A stretch of DNA of 63,716 nt, the filler included, from Reclinomonas americana ATCC 50394 (taxonomy: Eukaryota): assembly GCA_048213135.1 (NCBI GenBank). It is 6 parts of 3 records of this genome, joined end to end, with 100 filler letters (N's around TTAATTAATTAA, not from the genome) between each part and the next. Parts side by side here need not be neighbours in the genome. Positions count along the whole stretch, not along the records: positions 23,759 to 39,344 come from PS015145.1; positions 39,445 to 44,510 come from PS015145.1; 4 more parts are not named here. The stretch is one strand, 5' to 3'. The notes beneath the pieces are model-generated. The model was not told the origin of the DNA and made no database searches. It saw only the letters and a list, made by a program, of their open reading frames with translations. Each line of letters begins with the position of its first letter. Positions within the stretch are counted from its first letter, which is position 1. The translations under genes and the position numbers were made by a program. Below are positions 27,687 through 43,225 of the stretch, in pieces.

Positions 27687-28760
27687 TTACGGAAGGAGGG
27701 AGCGGATGTGGTCAATCTGACGCAGACCGCCCGAGAGCTGGTTGATGAACGGCGACGGGCCGTTGGCGGCCACCAGCAGCGCCGCGATGGCCAGACTGCG
27801 TGCTCCGCTCTCGCCGCCGGCTCCAATGTTGGCGACCAGCGCCTCCTCCACGTTCTGCACCACACACCGAGATTAGCAACAAGAGAGAAACGAGACAAGC
27901 GAGGGAGGCAAAACGCACCGACGAGTACTTGGCCACGAAGTGAATGACTCCCGGGAACGCGTTGGCGGCACCGCAGTTCAGACCCATCTGCACGCATCGT
28001 GGTGTGAGAAAGAGGAACGAGCGTGGCAACTGATAGAGGACGCACGTAGACTGGTGGACCCTGCGGCGGCTGGAAGGTGCCCGCAAGGCTTCGCATGAAC
28101 TCGAGGTCGTCCTGCTCGACACTGGCGAGTCCGAGGGCGACCTTCTCCTTGATAAAGTCATCGCTCGACTCGCTCGCCACCTGCTCAATCACGGCCACCA
28201 CGTTTCCGGAGCTGCCTGATTGCAGCAGACGGAAGGTGACACGGGCAAAGAACTCGGCCGCCGCCGCCGACACGGGCGACGCGTGCGTAATGTTGGCCTG
28301 CGCGACAGCAATGCGCACAAACTCGTTCTCGTCGGCACGGGCCGCCGGCACCGCCAGTGCTGCCGCAAAGCGCGCTGCGCCCTCCAAATCCGTGCTCGCC
28401 GCCGCATGCGAGTGCTCCGCGTCAATGCGCTTGCCCGAGGCCGCAAACTCCAGCGTGTTCTTCGTGGCATGATCGCTGTCGAAGGAGAAGAAGACGAGGA
28501 ATGAGACAAAGCGAGAGTAGAACGCGCGAGAGAGTTTGTGGATAAGGGCGAGCGTGAGACAGGATAACATAGAGACAGGCATGAAGAGAACAGAAGAGAA
28601 ACGCGAGGAATACAGAATAAAATTGCGTCTTGTACAAACACGAACCGGTACAGCTTGTCATTCGCCTTGTACGAGGCCACATAGTGGTCCACAAAGGCGT
28701 TGGCATCAAAGCCCGACTCCTTGTTCAGGCTCTCCAGCAGGAACAGCGTCTGGTCGCCAC
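27687..28760 (-). CDS. ADP-ribosylglycohydrolase family protein (SelJ/crystallin-J1-like), 5' part in gap
   Basis: GDQTLFLLESL, DHATKNT, QANITH, GLNCG..FPGVIH, ALVANIGAGGESGARSLAIAALL. Confidence 0.8.
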
Positions 28761-28784
28761 TGAGAAACACATAAAAGAGTCAGT

Positions 28785-28787
<3 letters not shown>

Positions 28788-28864
<77 letters not shown>
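28788..28864. repeat. (GA)n microsatellite (another at about 43167-43225)
   Basis: Uninterrupted GA runs next to gaps. Confidence 0.95.
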
Positions 28865-28865
<1 letters not shown>

Positions 28866-29501
28866 GACGACGACGNNNNNNNNNNNNNNNNNNNNNNNNN
28901 NNNNNNNNNNNNNNNNNNNNNNNNNNNNNNNNNNNNNNNNNNNNNNNNNNNNNNNNNNNNNNNNNNNNNNNNNNNNNNNNNNNNNNNNNNNNNNNNNNNN
29001 NNNNNNNNNNNNNNNNNNNNNNNNNNNNNNNNNNNNNNNNNNNNNNNNNNAAGTTGTGTGAGCAACACACACTTGTCTCTCTCTCTGTCTGTGTGTTTAT
29101 GAGCGCACCAGCAGCAGTTGCCATGATGATAATGAAAGAGCGGAGGAAAAGCGGAAAGGTGGTGGTGGTGAGCGCTCGAGAGAAACGAAAGAAAGATGTG
29201 TGCCTTACAAATTTATCACTCCGCACGGCTCCGAAATGCTCGGAGTGTCCTCAGACACAAAGGGACAACAGTAAAAACAAAGTCGCCGATACGGACGGCG
29301 AAAGTATACGTAATTGTACGTTGTAGCTGCGTCTGCTTATCATCGATCGTCGCTGCATGTGTACTTGCCGATCGCGAGAGAAAAGATATCAAGTAATATC
29401 GGTTTTTGTATGATATTCTTCGACTTCATGGCAACGCGACGACAAGAAGGAAACAGGGGGGAGAGTCTAAATGCTCTGGCGAGCGTGTGAGTGGGGCCGG
29501 C

Positions 29502-31945
29502 TTACTCGCGCTTGCCCTTGGCGCCTGCGGCGGCGGCAGCCTGCGGAGGGCTCTGCATCGAGTCAAAGACCTTGGACATGATGATGCGCGTCAGCTCCTT
29601 TGGCAGCACGTTGAGTTGCTGTGGGACGGCGAGCAGGGTGAGTGCACAAGACTTGCATACGCCGCTGTGCCACGAGCGGAGACTCACGTGAAGGATCCAG
29701 TGCTTGATGGCCGGGATGCAATCAATGTCCTGCAAACACGCATGGCCTCAGTACCCACCGTGCCCCCCACAGCGGTCAGCAGCACAAACCTCGTAGCGCG
29801 AGTCCTTGTACAAGGCGTACAAGAGCGAGAAGCGGACAACGGCGTCGGTGGGAGCCAGCATCGGGTCGCTCTTCACACGCTCCTCTCCGAGGGTCTGCAC
29901 ACAAAGAATGCACGCAGTGAGACGAGTCGGCGGGGGAACAGGTGGCCACAAGGCGGAGATCAGACGCAACGCGCTTCGCAATGTTACTGACCGTCGGTCC
30001 GGGGCACAGGCACTGCAGGGAAGAGGTTACTCTCTCGAGGAAACACACGCAGTCACAATATCATAACTACTGCACCTGCACCTGTCATGTTGTGAAATGG
30101 TGAAGTGAGCAACAAGTCGTCTTGTTTCTCAGACACACTGCTGCAACTCACTTGGACGCCGTGGATGCCCACTTCCGTGCTGAGGTTGTGCGCAAAGATA
30201 CGGTTGTAGGCCTGCAACAGCAGCGATGAGCAACAAAGCTGGCCGACCATTCTCTGCAGGAGCGGTGCGCACCTTGGTGCCGCCGTAGATCGCCATCTAC
30301 GAAGCGAGGAGATGTGGTGAGCATGGGGAACAAGCAGATATATAGTTCGCGTGAAAATGCAACATGGACAGCGTTCTTCTGGTGGGCCTGAGAAGATGTT
30401 CATGCAGTTAGCGAAACACACAGCCAGCAAGTCTTTTGCGCAAAACAACAAACCGACAGCGAGGAGACGCAGATGATGAGGCCGCTCTTGCGCTCGATCA
30501 TACCCGGAGCCACCATGCGGGTCACGCGGTTCTGCGGCCAGATGTTGGTGCTGCGTGTACGCACAAAAAACTGTGAGTCGCCAATGTGCCATCACACTGC
30601 GCCAAGTTGACGCACCGCGTCATAGCATCCATCTCCTACGTTCCCGTCGCCAAAAGTGAGTACAGAGGGGGAGGATAGAAAGAAGCACGCATCACGGGTA
30701 ATCGGCGCACCGTCGTGGTGTGATCGACAAAGTAGTCCTTCGGGTTGGCCTGCGCGATTCCGACACTGGGCACGGCGACAGTGAGCACACGCCCCCACAC
30801 TTGGGTACATAGTGACAGACTCACTTGTTGACGAGCACGGTGACGGTGCGAGTGCGAATGGCCTCCTCGATCGGGCGGTACACGGCCTGATCGTCTGGGT
30901 TGCTAAAGTCGACCGCGATGACGTGCGTCTTGACCTTGGGGAACTGCACGCATGGAGGAAGGCTGCTGAGTGCGGCGAGCGGAGAGGAAGCGCACGCATG
31001 GGAAAACGAACTCGCTGGTGAATCTCCTTCTCCAGCGCCTGCAGTTTCTCGGCCGTTCGCGACGCGAGGATCACATTCATGCCGTTCTCGGCCAGCTGCA
31101 GCGCGAATTCCTGCGAGTAGAGGGTGCAATGCGTGAGCCACACAGGCTGCAACAAGATGAAAACGATGCGAAAAAGGAACCTTGCCAATGCCATCGCTCT
31201 GCGCGTGAATGCCAGAAAAGTGTGAATTCGAAGTGAGTGAAAGACACGGATTACACTGTTTGCAAGGAGCAACAACGCACAGCGCCAGTGACCAGAGCCC
31301 TATGCCAAGCGCAACCACAGAATGAGCGACACAACGCACAGTGAAAAGAAGAAGAAGAAGAAGCAGAAGAGAGCCACTCACCAGAAGTTTGCTGCATGAT
31401 CGCGCGGAAAACACAGCAGTCAATCAGGACTCCAGCATGCAGATAACAATGAGTAAACACACACACATGCGCACCTCCCGAATACTTCTCCAGGTCAACC
31501 TGCACGCCATGGCAAGTAAACAACACCAAAAACCACACCAAAACCACACACAAACAGTATGCAAAAACAAACCTTGCGACGCGTGAGAATGAAGAACTCA
31601 AAAAGCCACTGACCCGCAGTGTAGAAGAACTGTTGCATGGTGCACGTGCATGCATGCATTCAATGAGTGAGTGAGTGAGAGAGAGAGACCACCACAATGC
31701 ATGCAAAAACACAACGCAACGCGGAGGAGCACAAAAACAGCAATGCGCGCGCCAATGTACGCCAGCACGCCCTTGGTCTGTGCAAGAGTGGCTGTCAGTG
31801 CGTGCATGCACACACACACACACACAGCACTTTGTCTCTCTTTCTCTCTCACCTTGTAAGACGACGCAATGAAGAGCGTCAGCAGTGGCAGCAGCACTGG
31901 AGTCACCAGTGAGCGAATGAAGCCCGGAGTCACAGTGAATGCCAT
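29502..31945 (-). CDS. Very-long-chain 3-ketoacyl-CoA reductase / HSD17B12-like SDR, paralog A (20 exons)
   Basis: Spliced: WALVTGASDGIGKEFALQLA, VLVNNVG, ICVSSLS, YGGTKAY (YxxxK), VQVQCLCPG; C-terminal KGKRE* (KxKxx ER retrieval). Confidence 0.88.
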
Positions 31946-32415
31946 TGCTGTGTGAGAGAGAGAGGGAGTGACTGATGCAATGCACTTGTCAACTCCGTCC
32001 GAACGACGGATATCGAGAAACTGGCGCGCGTATACAAGGAACAGCAACACAGTTGCCTGATGATCACCATCTTGAGTGAGCACCAGAAACTGAGACAACA
32101 CGAAAAAAGCGAGAAAAAGTCGAGATGGCGGGCTACATGCTGGTGTTTCTGCAAGAGAAACCACGGCTCATGCATATGACAAGGCCGAATTCCAACAGGA
32201 TTCTCAACCATGCTCGACGCATCTTGAACGGCAGCAGCAGCTTCTTCTGCACACAGGTTGAGAAATGCGATTCACAGCATTTTCTGCAGACAACTTGATC
32301 GCGCGCGAAGGCATTTCACAATCATGCATGCATGCGCAGCAATGTAGGGGGAAGTAGAAGGGGTTCTAACTCGGGCGTTTGTTTGACTCAGCTTGCTGGC
32401 CCTGGGCGCGCGCAA

Positions 32416-35022
32416 TTACTCGCGTTTGCCCTTGCTGGCGCTGGCTCCGGCGGCCGCGGGTTGGCTGTCGGGGAGCGACGCGAGGATCTTCGACATGATG
32501 ATGCGCGAGAGCTCCTTGGGCAGCGCGGTGAGTTGCTGTGCGAGTTGCGGGTCAGTGCACTGAACATATGAATTGTGAGAGACGGGGAGGCACTCACGTA
32601 GACAACCCAGTGCTTGATGGCCGGGATGCAGTCAATGTCCTGGCGGGGAAACACCAGTGAGTGTGTGGCTGACACACTGCATGCCGCACACCACCCACTC
32701 GCACACACCTCGTAGCGCGAGTCATTGTACAGAGCGCGCAGCAGCGAGAAGCGAACGACAGACTCGACAGGTGCAATGAGGGGGTCCTTCTGAACGCGCT
32801 CCTCGCCAAAGACCTATTCGAGAGTGAGTGACCGCGGCAACATGCGCATGTGCAGCAGCTCCGATTACGCAACTCGAGTCACCAGGTTGCTGACAGTCGG
32901 TCCAGGGCACAAGCTCTGTTAATAGAGTGAGAGAGAGTTTGCTGGCGTCGCGAGTGGGGGAATACAAGCACACCTGCACCTGCAAGAGCAGACAACAATA
33001 GGAGTGAGGAACGGCTACAAACGCAATCCACGACAAGCATTACGCACTTGGACGCCATGCACGCCGACTTCCAAGCTCAGATTGTGCGCAAAGATGCGGT
33101 TGTAGGCCTGCAGATACTGCATGAGTGCGCTGAAGTCAACAGGCAAACGAGCGCATCAAACGCCCACACCTTGGTGCCACCGTACACGGAGAGCTGGAAG
33201 AATGAGGAGGAGAAGACAACAAGGTAAGCAGCGAATATAGGAGAGGGAGAGGAATATCGACGCTGTACGCAACATTCAAAGCATCCTTCTGGTGAGCCTG
33301 AAAAACGCATTCAGCAGAGAGCATTGCAAGTTAGTCGACTCGGAGGACGCGTTGTGAATCTAGCAAGGTGCAATACGAACTGACAGCGAGGAGACGCAGA
33401 TGATGAGTCCGCTCTTGCGCTCGATCATGCCCGGAACCACCATGCGGGTCACGTGGTTTTGCGGCCAGATGTTAGTGCTGTGTGAGCGCGCATTAACTCT
33501 CCTCAGTCACCATCACGGTATCGTTGTGCGAGTACAATGAATACAAGACGCACCGTGCCATCATGTCGATATCCTGCAGTCGCGATGCAACGNNNNNNNN
33601 NNNNNNNNNNNNTGCGTGTGAGTGACGACGGGAAGCGCAGCGTCGTGTCAAAACAACGCACCGACATGCTCATTTCGGCAAAGGACGCCTTGGGGTTCGC
33701 CTGAGCGACGCCCACACTGCAGGTGCGACGACAATCAATGACGTGATGATTCCAGTCACAGGAGGCACAAAAGGACGCGCACTCACTTGTTGACGAGCAC
33801 GGTGACGGTGCGAGTGCGCAGGGCCTCTTCGATGGGGCGATACACGGCCTGGTCGTCGGGGCTGTTGAAATCGACAGTGATGAGGTGCGTCTTGACCTTC
33901 GGGAACTGCACGGCGAAGCGTATGACGATTGCATGTGAGATCATCGCCGTGGCACTGGGCAGGAGAGGAGACGAACCCGCTGGCGAATCTCCTTGTCGAC
34001 GGCCTGCAGCTTCTCGGCCGTGCGCGAGGCGAGAATCACATTCATGCCGCTGCCGGCCAGCTGCAGCGCGAATTCCTGCGAGGCGCAACACAGACGAGCG
34101 TGTGAGCCAGCAGCACCAGCAGCATCAACAGCGCGCGAGCACAGTACCTTGCCAATTCCATCGCTCTACGAGTGGGCAGACACAGAGTGAGAAACCGTGA
34201 ACAACATTCATANNNNNNNNNNNNNNNNNNNNGCACACAGAGGACGCAACAGCGCCAGTGACAAGGGCCCTGCACAGTGCGAGTGAGTGACGCAAAGGAG
34301 GTGTGAGGAGTTCACGAATACGACTCACCAGAAGTTGGCTGCGCCCACCGTGGAGATTGAGCACACGCGTCAGCCATTGATTACAACACACGTATCGACA
34401 AGACACTCACGCACCTCCCGAGTACTTCTCCATGTCGACCTGCACGAGCAACAAGTGAGCACATATACACGGAGAAACGAGGCAGCAGAGTCAGCCAGCA
34501 AAAAAGCCAGCAGGTACCTTGCGACGAGTGAGAATGAAGAACTCAAAGATCCACTGACCCGCATTGTAGAAGAACTGCAGGTTGCATGCATGATAAGCAG
34601 TGGGTTGTCTCGCAGCAGACACACGGGAAAAAAACGCAACGCGGAGGAGCACAAAGACAGCAATGCGCGCGCCAATGTACGCCAACAAGCCCTTGGTCTG
34701 TGCTCACACACACACACACACGACAATCAACAAAGGAAAAAAAGGATGCGCGCATATTTTGCGCGCGGATTGATTGCATAAATGCACGTGTCAGGAATGC
34801 GAAAAACACAACACTGCTCTCATTCTCTCTCTGTCACACACACACACATACATACACACACTGCTCAGCGTCACCTCCGTCTCTCACACGCACAAGCGCA
34901 CTCTCTCTCTCTCACTCAATGTCTCTCACCTTGTAGAGCGAGGCAATGTACAGCGTCAGCAGTGGCAGCAGCACTGGTGTCACCAGTGAGCGAAGGAACC
35001 CGGGAGTCACAGTGAAAGCCAT
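32416..35022 (-). CDS. Very-long-chain 3-ketoacyl-CoA reductase / HSD17B12-like SDR, tandem paralog B
   Basis: Same exon structure and motifs as paralog A (MAFTVTPGF.., TGASDGIGK, YGGTK, KGKRE*); exons conserved, introns diverged. Confidence 0.88.
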
Positions 35023-35216
35023 CTCTCTCAAAGAACGCGCAGACAAGAATCGAACTCCGATGAAAATGCATTGCATGCTCCCGCACTCTTGGCCCGTTTC
35101 TCTCATGTCGAGACCGTTTTCCTCATGTCTCTTGCTCGCTCACCTGCCCGCCTGCTGTCTCTGCGCTGGGCGTGCGCGGCTGAAGCCGGGGCCATCCACT
35201 GCGCCTCGCCTCATGA

Positions 35217-37827
35217 TCAGTCAACGCTATCGTGCTGGTCCTCGGCGTTCAGCAACATGATCGGCGCCCATCGACGTGTTGGTGGCGGCACGACTTCGTG
35301 GAGGATGAAGCGCAGCATAGCGGCTTCACGTTCCTCCACGCTACGTTCGACGGCGACAAATAGTGCGCTGTCGGCCATGTGTTTGCTCAGTTCGGCCGTC
35401 GACACCTCGGCGACACTCTGCAGGAATTGCGAGGTTCCGGTGTAGTACAGCAGCGCCAGTGGCGCCTGGCGTGTGGACACGATCTTGATGTCGACGCTGC
35501 AAGTGGCATGTGAGCAGGAGACAGCAAGCGCTCCTTTCCTCGCTCACTTACGCACATGAACCACGGCTCGCCGGGTGTCGGCTGCCATCGCAGCAGAAGT
35601 CGTCGACCATTTGCCAGCGGCTGTCCGGCGTCGAGCAGCACGCCAGGCAGCGGATCGGCAATCATGCCTCGTGGTTGTCGCTGATGCTGTATCAACAACT
35701 GGCCGACACGCGCAGCATCCCACATACCACCACCAACGCCGCCGCCACCAGTTCCACCTCCACTTGAGGTGCCAGCAGCGTCGCGCGGCGAGGCCAACGA
35801 CGAAGAAGGAAGGAGAGGCTTGCCACCACCACCTCCACTGCCACCACTAACATGCAAGAGCACGTCGACAAACGGAACCTCGGTGGCGCCTCGACGAAGC
35901 GCACCCGCAGCCACACAAGCCAGCACCTCGTGCGACAACTGCCAGAGTGTGTCGCACAGAGCATCGACCAGCGCCACGGCCTCGGCCGCCAACAGCACAG
36001 GCACACTGTTGGCGGCCGCCACTGTGCTAACAGAAAATGCATCGTCGCCACATCGAGCCTTGCACGATCTGCGACCGAGGCAGTGAGTGCCAACTGAGGA
36101 AGAAAAAGAAACACGTGGATGCTAAACTCGAGTCGGTGGCACAAGCCGAAGCGCTCCACGTCGTCGAGCTGCAGTCCGGGTGGCAACTGCAGCGCGCCCT
36201 TGGTGCACATGGTGTAAAACTGCGAGCCGACTGTCAGCACGAGGGCGACCACATCGACAAGGGGTCGTAGGAGAGAGACACACATCGGAGAAGCGCAATC
36301 GCTGCTCGGCAAAGGCGAGGGCGGACTCTGCGCGAAACCCAAACGTCTGCATCCAATGGTGCTGCAACGCCAGCACCTCACACACTGCGTGACGCAAACG
36401 GGGGTGAGTGTGACGCGCCTAGGCGCGTAGGCCGACGGCTTGCACACACACCAGACGCATTGACCGACACTGGAATTCGCAGGAGACGGCGGGCGTGGTC
36501 CACAGTTGCGGTGGCATGATCTTGCAGCGCGTCGTCCATGTCTCTTCGTCGCACGAGCTGACGATGGCAGTCGAGCAGCGACTCCACCTGCGCGCCAGTG
36601 CATCTGTGAGTGGAGGATGTACAGCACGCGAATACGCACAGACCACACGCACCGCGAGCGACGCCGAGAGGACAAGGTGCTCGGTGGCCGCCGTCCGCGG
36701 CAGCAGGCGCCACAGTGCGCGCCTCTTGCTCACATGCCCGAGCGCCTCGACCAGCGATTGTTGCACGCCATCGCTGGCGGGCGACACAGAGCGATCCCGG
36801 CGCTGCGTGCGTGAATGAGCGACGGGAGACTGTGCGCGACGCACAAGAGAGTGCGATTGACAAACCCGCCTGTCGTCCGAGTCACGTTGTGCACGCCGTT
36901 GCGACCCGCCATCGCACTCACACGCCGCCTCCGTGTCAACCGAGCGGAGAATGCTGCTGCTCAGTCGCGCAAACACCTGCCCGAGATTCACCAGCGCTTC
37001 TCCAGCACGCTGCACCACGAGTCAGTCGAGCGCACCCTCTCTCGTTCTCGTCCCCCGCCCTCCACTCACACTGCCACTGCCACCAGCACCGGCCGAGAGC
37101 GGTGCCGACGACGAGCCGCCCGACGACGACATGGACGACGACAGACAGCGAATGTTCTCCATCAGCTGGTCTTTCTGCGCGCACTGTGATCAGCTCGACC
37201 AGCCGCAAGCTGTCGGGAAGGCAAGAACCGACAATCATGGCACACAACTGGCGACGCTGTGTCATACAACACAGACGGATCCACGCGAGCACCACCACTC
37301 GTAGCCGCTGAAGGTGGCGGAGGAGGTGGAGCAGCAGCAGTCTTTTCCTGCACCACAGGCACATCGATTTCCATGGACGCTGGCGATTGCGATCGATCAT
37401 CACCACGACAAGTCGCCACTCAAAAAAGCAGAGACAAAACAAGCCCGCTGCGTGCTGTCTTACCAACAATCGCCGATCGCACAGGCGTAGCTGCAGTGCT
37501 CCCCCGTGGAGTCGGATGCTCCATGCTCGGCACCTGCGAGTCCACCGATCGCACCACAAAGTCCTCCGACCACAGTGGATACACCCATCCATGCAACAAC
37601 ATCGCCACATTACTCGACAGAGCTGCTTGCGGATAGAGAGGAGGCAGAGGAGGCGGCAAAGGCGATGCAAACTCGTCTTGAGTGATCGCCACCTCGCCTT
37701 CTTCTTCTTCTTCTTCTTCGTCCTCGCTCATTGCGGCAAGTGCATCGTCCATCCATTGAAACGCACGCAGAAGCGTACTGCCCGCGCGGGCACTTTGCAT
37801 CAAACAGAACACTGAGGTCCTGCGCAT
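35217..37827 (-). CDS. Multi-exon hypothetical protein (helical, acidic N-terminal tract)
   Basis: Chain of coding-like minus-strand segments with GT-AG boundaries (MSEDEEEE..LLHGWVYPLWSEDF; EPWFM; LALLYYTGTSQF); family not recognised; start uncertain. Confidence 0.45.
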
Positions 37828-37866
37828 GCTGTTGTCACTCACATTTTCATTTGTCACACACGCAAC

Positions 37867-39830
<1,964 letters not shown>

Positions 39831-40596
39831 GTAAAAAGCCAGGCAGATTTGGCGCGAAGAAACTATCCGTTGCAAATTTGCTTTTGTCGCATTGTGTGAG
39901 AGAGAGNNNNNNNNNNNNNNNNNNNNNNNNNNNNNNNNNNNNNNNNNNNNNNNNNNNNNNNNNNNNNNNNNNNNNNNNNNNNNNNNNNNNNNNNNNNNNN
40001 NNNNNNNNNNNNNNNNNNNNNNNNNNNNNNNNNNNNNNNNNNNNNNNNNNNNNNNNNNNNNNNNNNNNNNNNNNNNNNNNNNNNNNNNNNNNNNNNNNNN
40101 NNNNNNNNNNNNNNNNNNNNNNNNNNNNNNNNNNNNNNNNNNNNNNNNNNNNNNNNNNNNNNNNNNNNNNNNNNNNNNNNNNNNNNNNNNNNNNNNNNNN
40201 NNNNNNNNNNNNNNNNNNNNNNNNNNNNNNNNNNNNNNNNNNNNNNNNNNNNNNNNNNNNNNNNNNNNNNNNNNNNNNNNNNNNNNNNNNNNNNNNNNNN
40301 NNNNNNNNNNNNNNNNNNNNNNNNNNNNNNNNNNNNNNNNNNNNNNNNNNNNNNNNNNNNNNNNNNNNNNNNNNNNNNNNNNNNNNNNNNNNNNNNNNNN
40401 NNNNNNNNNNNNAAAATGTCGACTGAGCGTGAAGCGGGTGGTCTATCCACGCGACACCCTCCCGCACAAACGCAGCGCACCAAGGCGCCAGTGACAGAAG
40501 CCCCAGTGGCTGATGGTGGGCTCACTCTCACTCTCACACGCTCTTTCCCCCTCAAATCCCACACTCACTGGTGGAGCAGAGGGTTCTCCACACGAC

Positions 40597-42936
40597 ATGG
40601 ACCGTCGGCGTCTGAGTGGCGGCATGCGTCGTCGTGTGTGGGACGAGGTTCCAACAGAGGAAAACGAAGACGATGGTGCGGGGACTGGTCACACGCCTGG
40701 AGCTGTGCGACCGCCGATTGACATGATCCCGCTGCGACTGGAGGATGTGCCGCTGTCGCCCGAGCTGCTCTCGTACTACAAGCAGCGTGTAGGTGAGCGA
40801 GGTTACACAGAGTGTGTCATGGAAGGAGTGAGGAACTGAAAAGAAAACAATGCACAGAGGCATTCGATGAGGAGCGACAGGAGTTCTTGGCCAAGTTGGC
40901 CAACATTGAGATTCAGCACGGCGATGTGCACCGGTTACGATGGGAGGTCAGGAGGCGGGAGGAGGAGCTGTCGGAGCTCCAGAAGGCTCTCAGTGACGCA
41001 CAGGTGAGGTACCCGATTGCGAACGAGTGTTGTTCGGGCACCTTTGTTGACGCGCACACTCTGTTGCTTAGGTGTATCTGCTGGATGAACGAGAGGAGGT
41101 GGCGCGGCTGCAAGCGGAGAACGATGCACTGAAGAGTTGAGCTGTGTTACTCTCCTCTTCACTCTCATGCTTAGTCGTTCTAACTCCACACACACAGTTC
41201 AGGAGCTCGAAGACCGCCGTCGCATCCGCGACCTGCTGGAGTTGGCGCAGCCAGCGTACGAGGAGATCACCTTCACGCGTGACCATCGACCGGAAAAGAC
41301 CATTTTCTATCATAACCAGCAGACGCGCTCCGGACCATCCAGTCTGCGGGTCACCGACACCACTGGTCATCGACGGTCTCGTGACGACGGCTCTCCCGAC
41401 AACGGCGACTCCACTGCATCGGCATCACGCATTTCCCGCCCATGCCGAGTGGGCTCCGAGGCTGCCGGTCTGCGTAGGACCACCATTGGCCAGGAAACTG
41501 GAGCTGCGGGAGGCTCGCCGCCCTCCACGCTCGGTGTGCTGCCGGGTGGCACGGTGGAACAAGTTGCGCCCCGCCACAAAAACTGACGCTCCCTCGCCCA
41601 CCCGCTCACGCCTTGCCTGTGCGTAGCGCGTGAATGTGCACAGTGGACGAGTGTTGCGCACGGTCATCATGCCGAACGAGCAGACCGACGCCTTGTTGCT
41701 GACGATTGAGGCACTGCGCATTCAACTGGCCGAGCAGTCGCGCCTCTTTGTGGAGCAGAAGCAGTCGCTGGTCGAGGATCGACGAGTGCTGATGGAGGAG
41801 GCCAAGGTGCGCGAGCAGCGTGATCGGGAGCACATTGATCGTCTGGAGGCGGAGACCAGCAAGCTGCGCGACATGCTGCGCAAGACCACAGCCGAGTACT
41901 TGCACTTGCGACACAATGCGCAGGTGGGACAGCAGACGCTGCGCGAGGAGCTGGCGCGGGCGTCGGATTTGAGTCGAGAGGCGGTGCAGCGCATGAGTCG
42001 CATGCGCCAAGACAAGCTGCTGGAGGCCGAGGCAGTCACGAAGAAGGCCGAGGACAAGTGCGAACAGTTCATGCACCACTTCCGCAAGCAGGCGGTTGAG
42101 CGCGAGGACGAGGTCATTCGGCTGCGGCAGGAACTCACCAAGAAGGAGGCCGCCGCCAATTCCACCATTGCCGACTTGCGCACACAGAGCAAGCGCTGGC
42201 GCGACAAGTTCCAGGCCATGGAACGCCGTCGCAACTTGGACATTGACGGCTTCCGCAACGATCTGGCGGTGGTGCGGCGGCAGGTGGAGAAGATCGACAG
42301 CAAACTGCGCGACTTTTTCCACATTGACACGCGCACCGAGGAGCGTGTCATGTTTGGCAGTTGCGTGTGCCATCGCCTCCGTTCTCTTGTGTATGTGCGT
42401 GTATCGTGCTCCTCACCTCGGCGACCACAGACGAGGCCGACAGTTCGGCGGCCACCGAGGGCTCGGGTGAGCACCTGGCCACCGACGTCAAGTTCATTCA
42501 GCGCAAGCTGGAAAACCTCGTCAAGGACCTGTCGCCCACGGCGCTGTCGGCGGCCACGTTTGCCGGCGGTCCGCGACGCCCCGCAGCGGCAGTCGGCCGA
42601 GGCTCAGCACCATCTCACCGCTCATCAGCGCCGGAGCGGGGTCCACGCTCCGCTGTCCCGCTACTGTCTCCCACCGAGGTCGGCAATGCAAGCGCTACGA
42701 GTGGCACCGAGGATGAGCGACAGCAGCAACGTCAACGGCGGCCCAGATCGCACCATCACGACAATGGTGGAGGCGAGGAGGGAGAGGGAGATTTCGATGA
42801 CGACGACGACGTTGACGACAGCTCGGAACGACCACGGTCGAGACGGCGGGCACATTTTACCAGCAGTCGGCAACGAGTGCGATCGGCCTCGGCATCGGCG
42901 TCGCATGGAAGTCATCATCGGCGTCGTCATGGATGA
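40597..42936 (+). CDS. CCDC77: Coiled-coil protein CCDC77 homolog (centriole-associated)
   Basis: PLSPELLSYYKQRV, LRWEVRRREEELSELQKALSDAQVYLLDERE..LQAENDALKIQELEDRRRIRDLL, LLLTIEALRIQL, RRRNLDIDGFRND. Confidence 0.85.
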
Positions 42937-43162
42937 GACTGCGCTTCTTTAAATATGGGTACTTGTGTACATGTTACTTGATCCCGTCGTCCACGTGTGT
43001 ATGTGGGCAACGGTTTGCATGACTGCAGAGGTGAGGCAATTCGACAGGCGATCTGGCTGCAACTGCAACTGGATATCCGACATCCAATCCGACCTCGAAC
43101 TCGACACAATATGGTCCACGAGCGTCGACGTCCCCCAAGTTGTCCAGTTTTCATTTTTTCCG

Positions 43163-43225
<63 letters not shown>

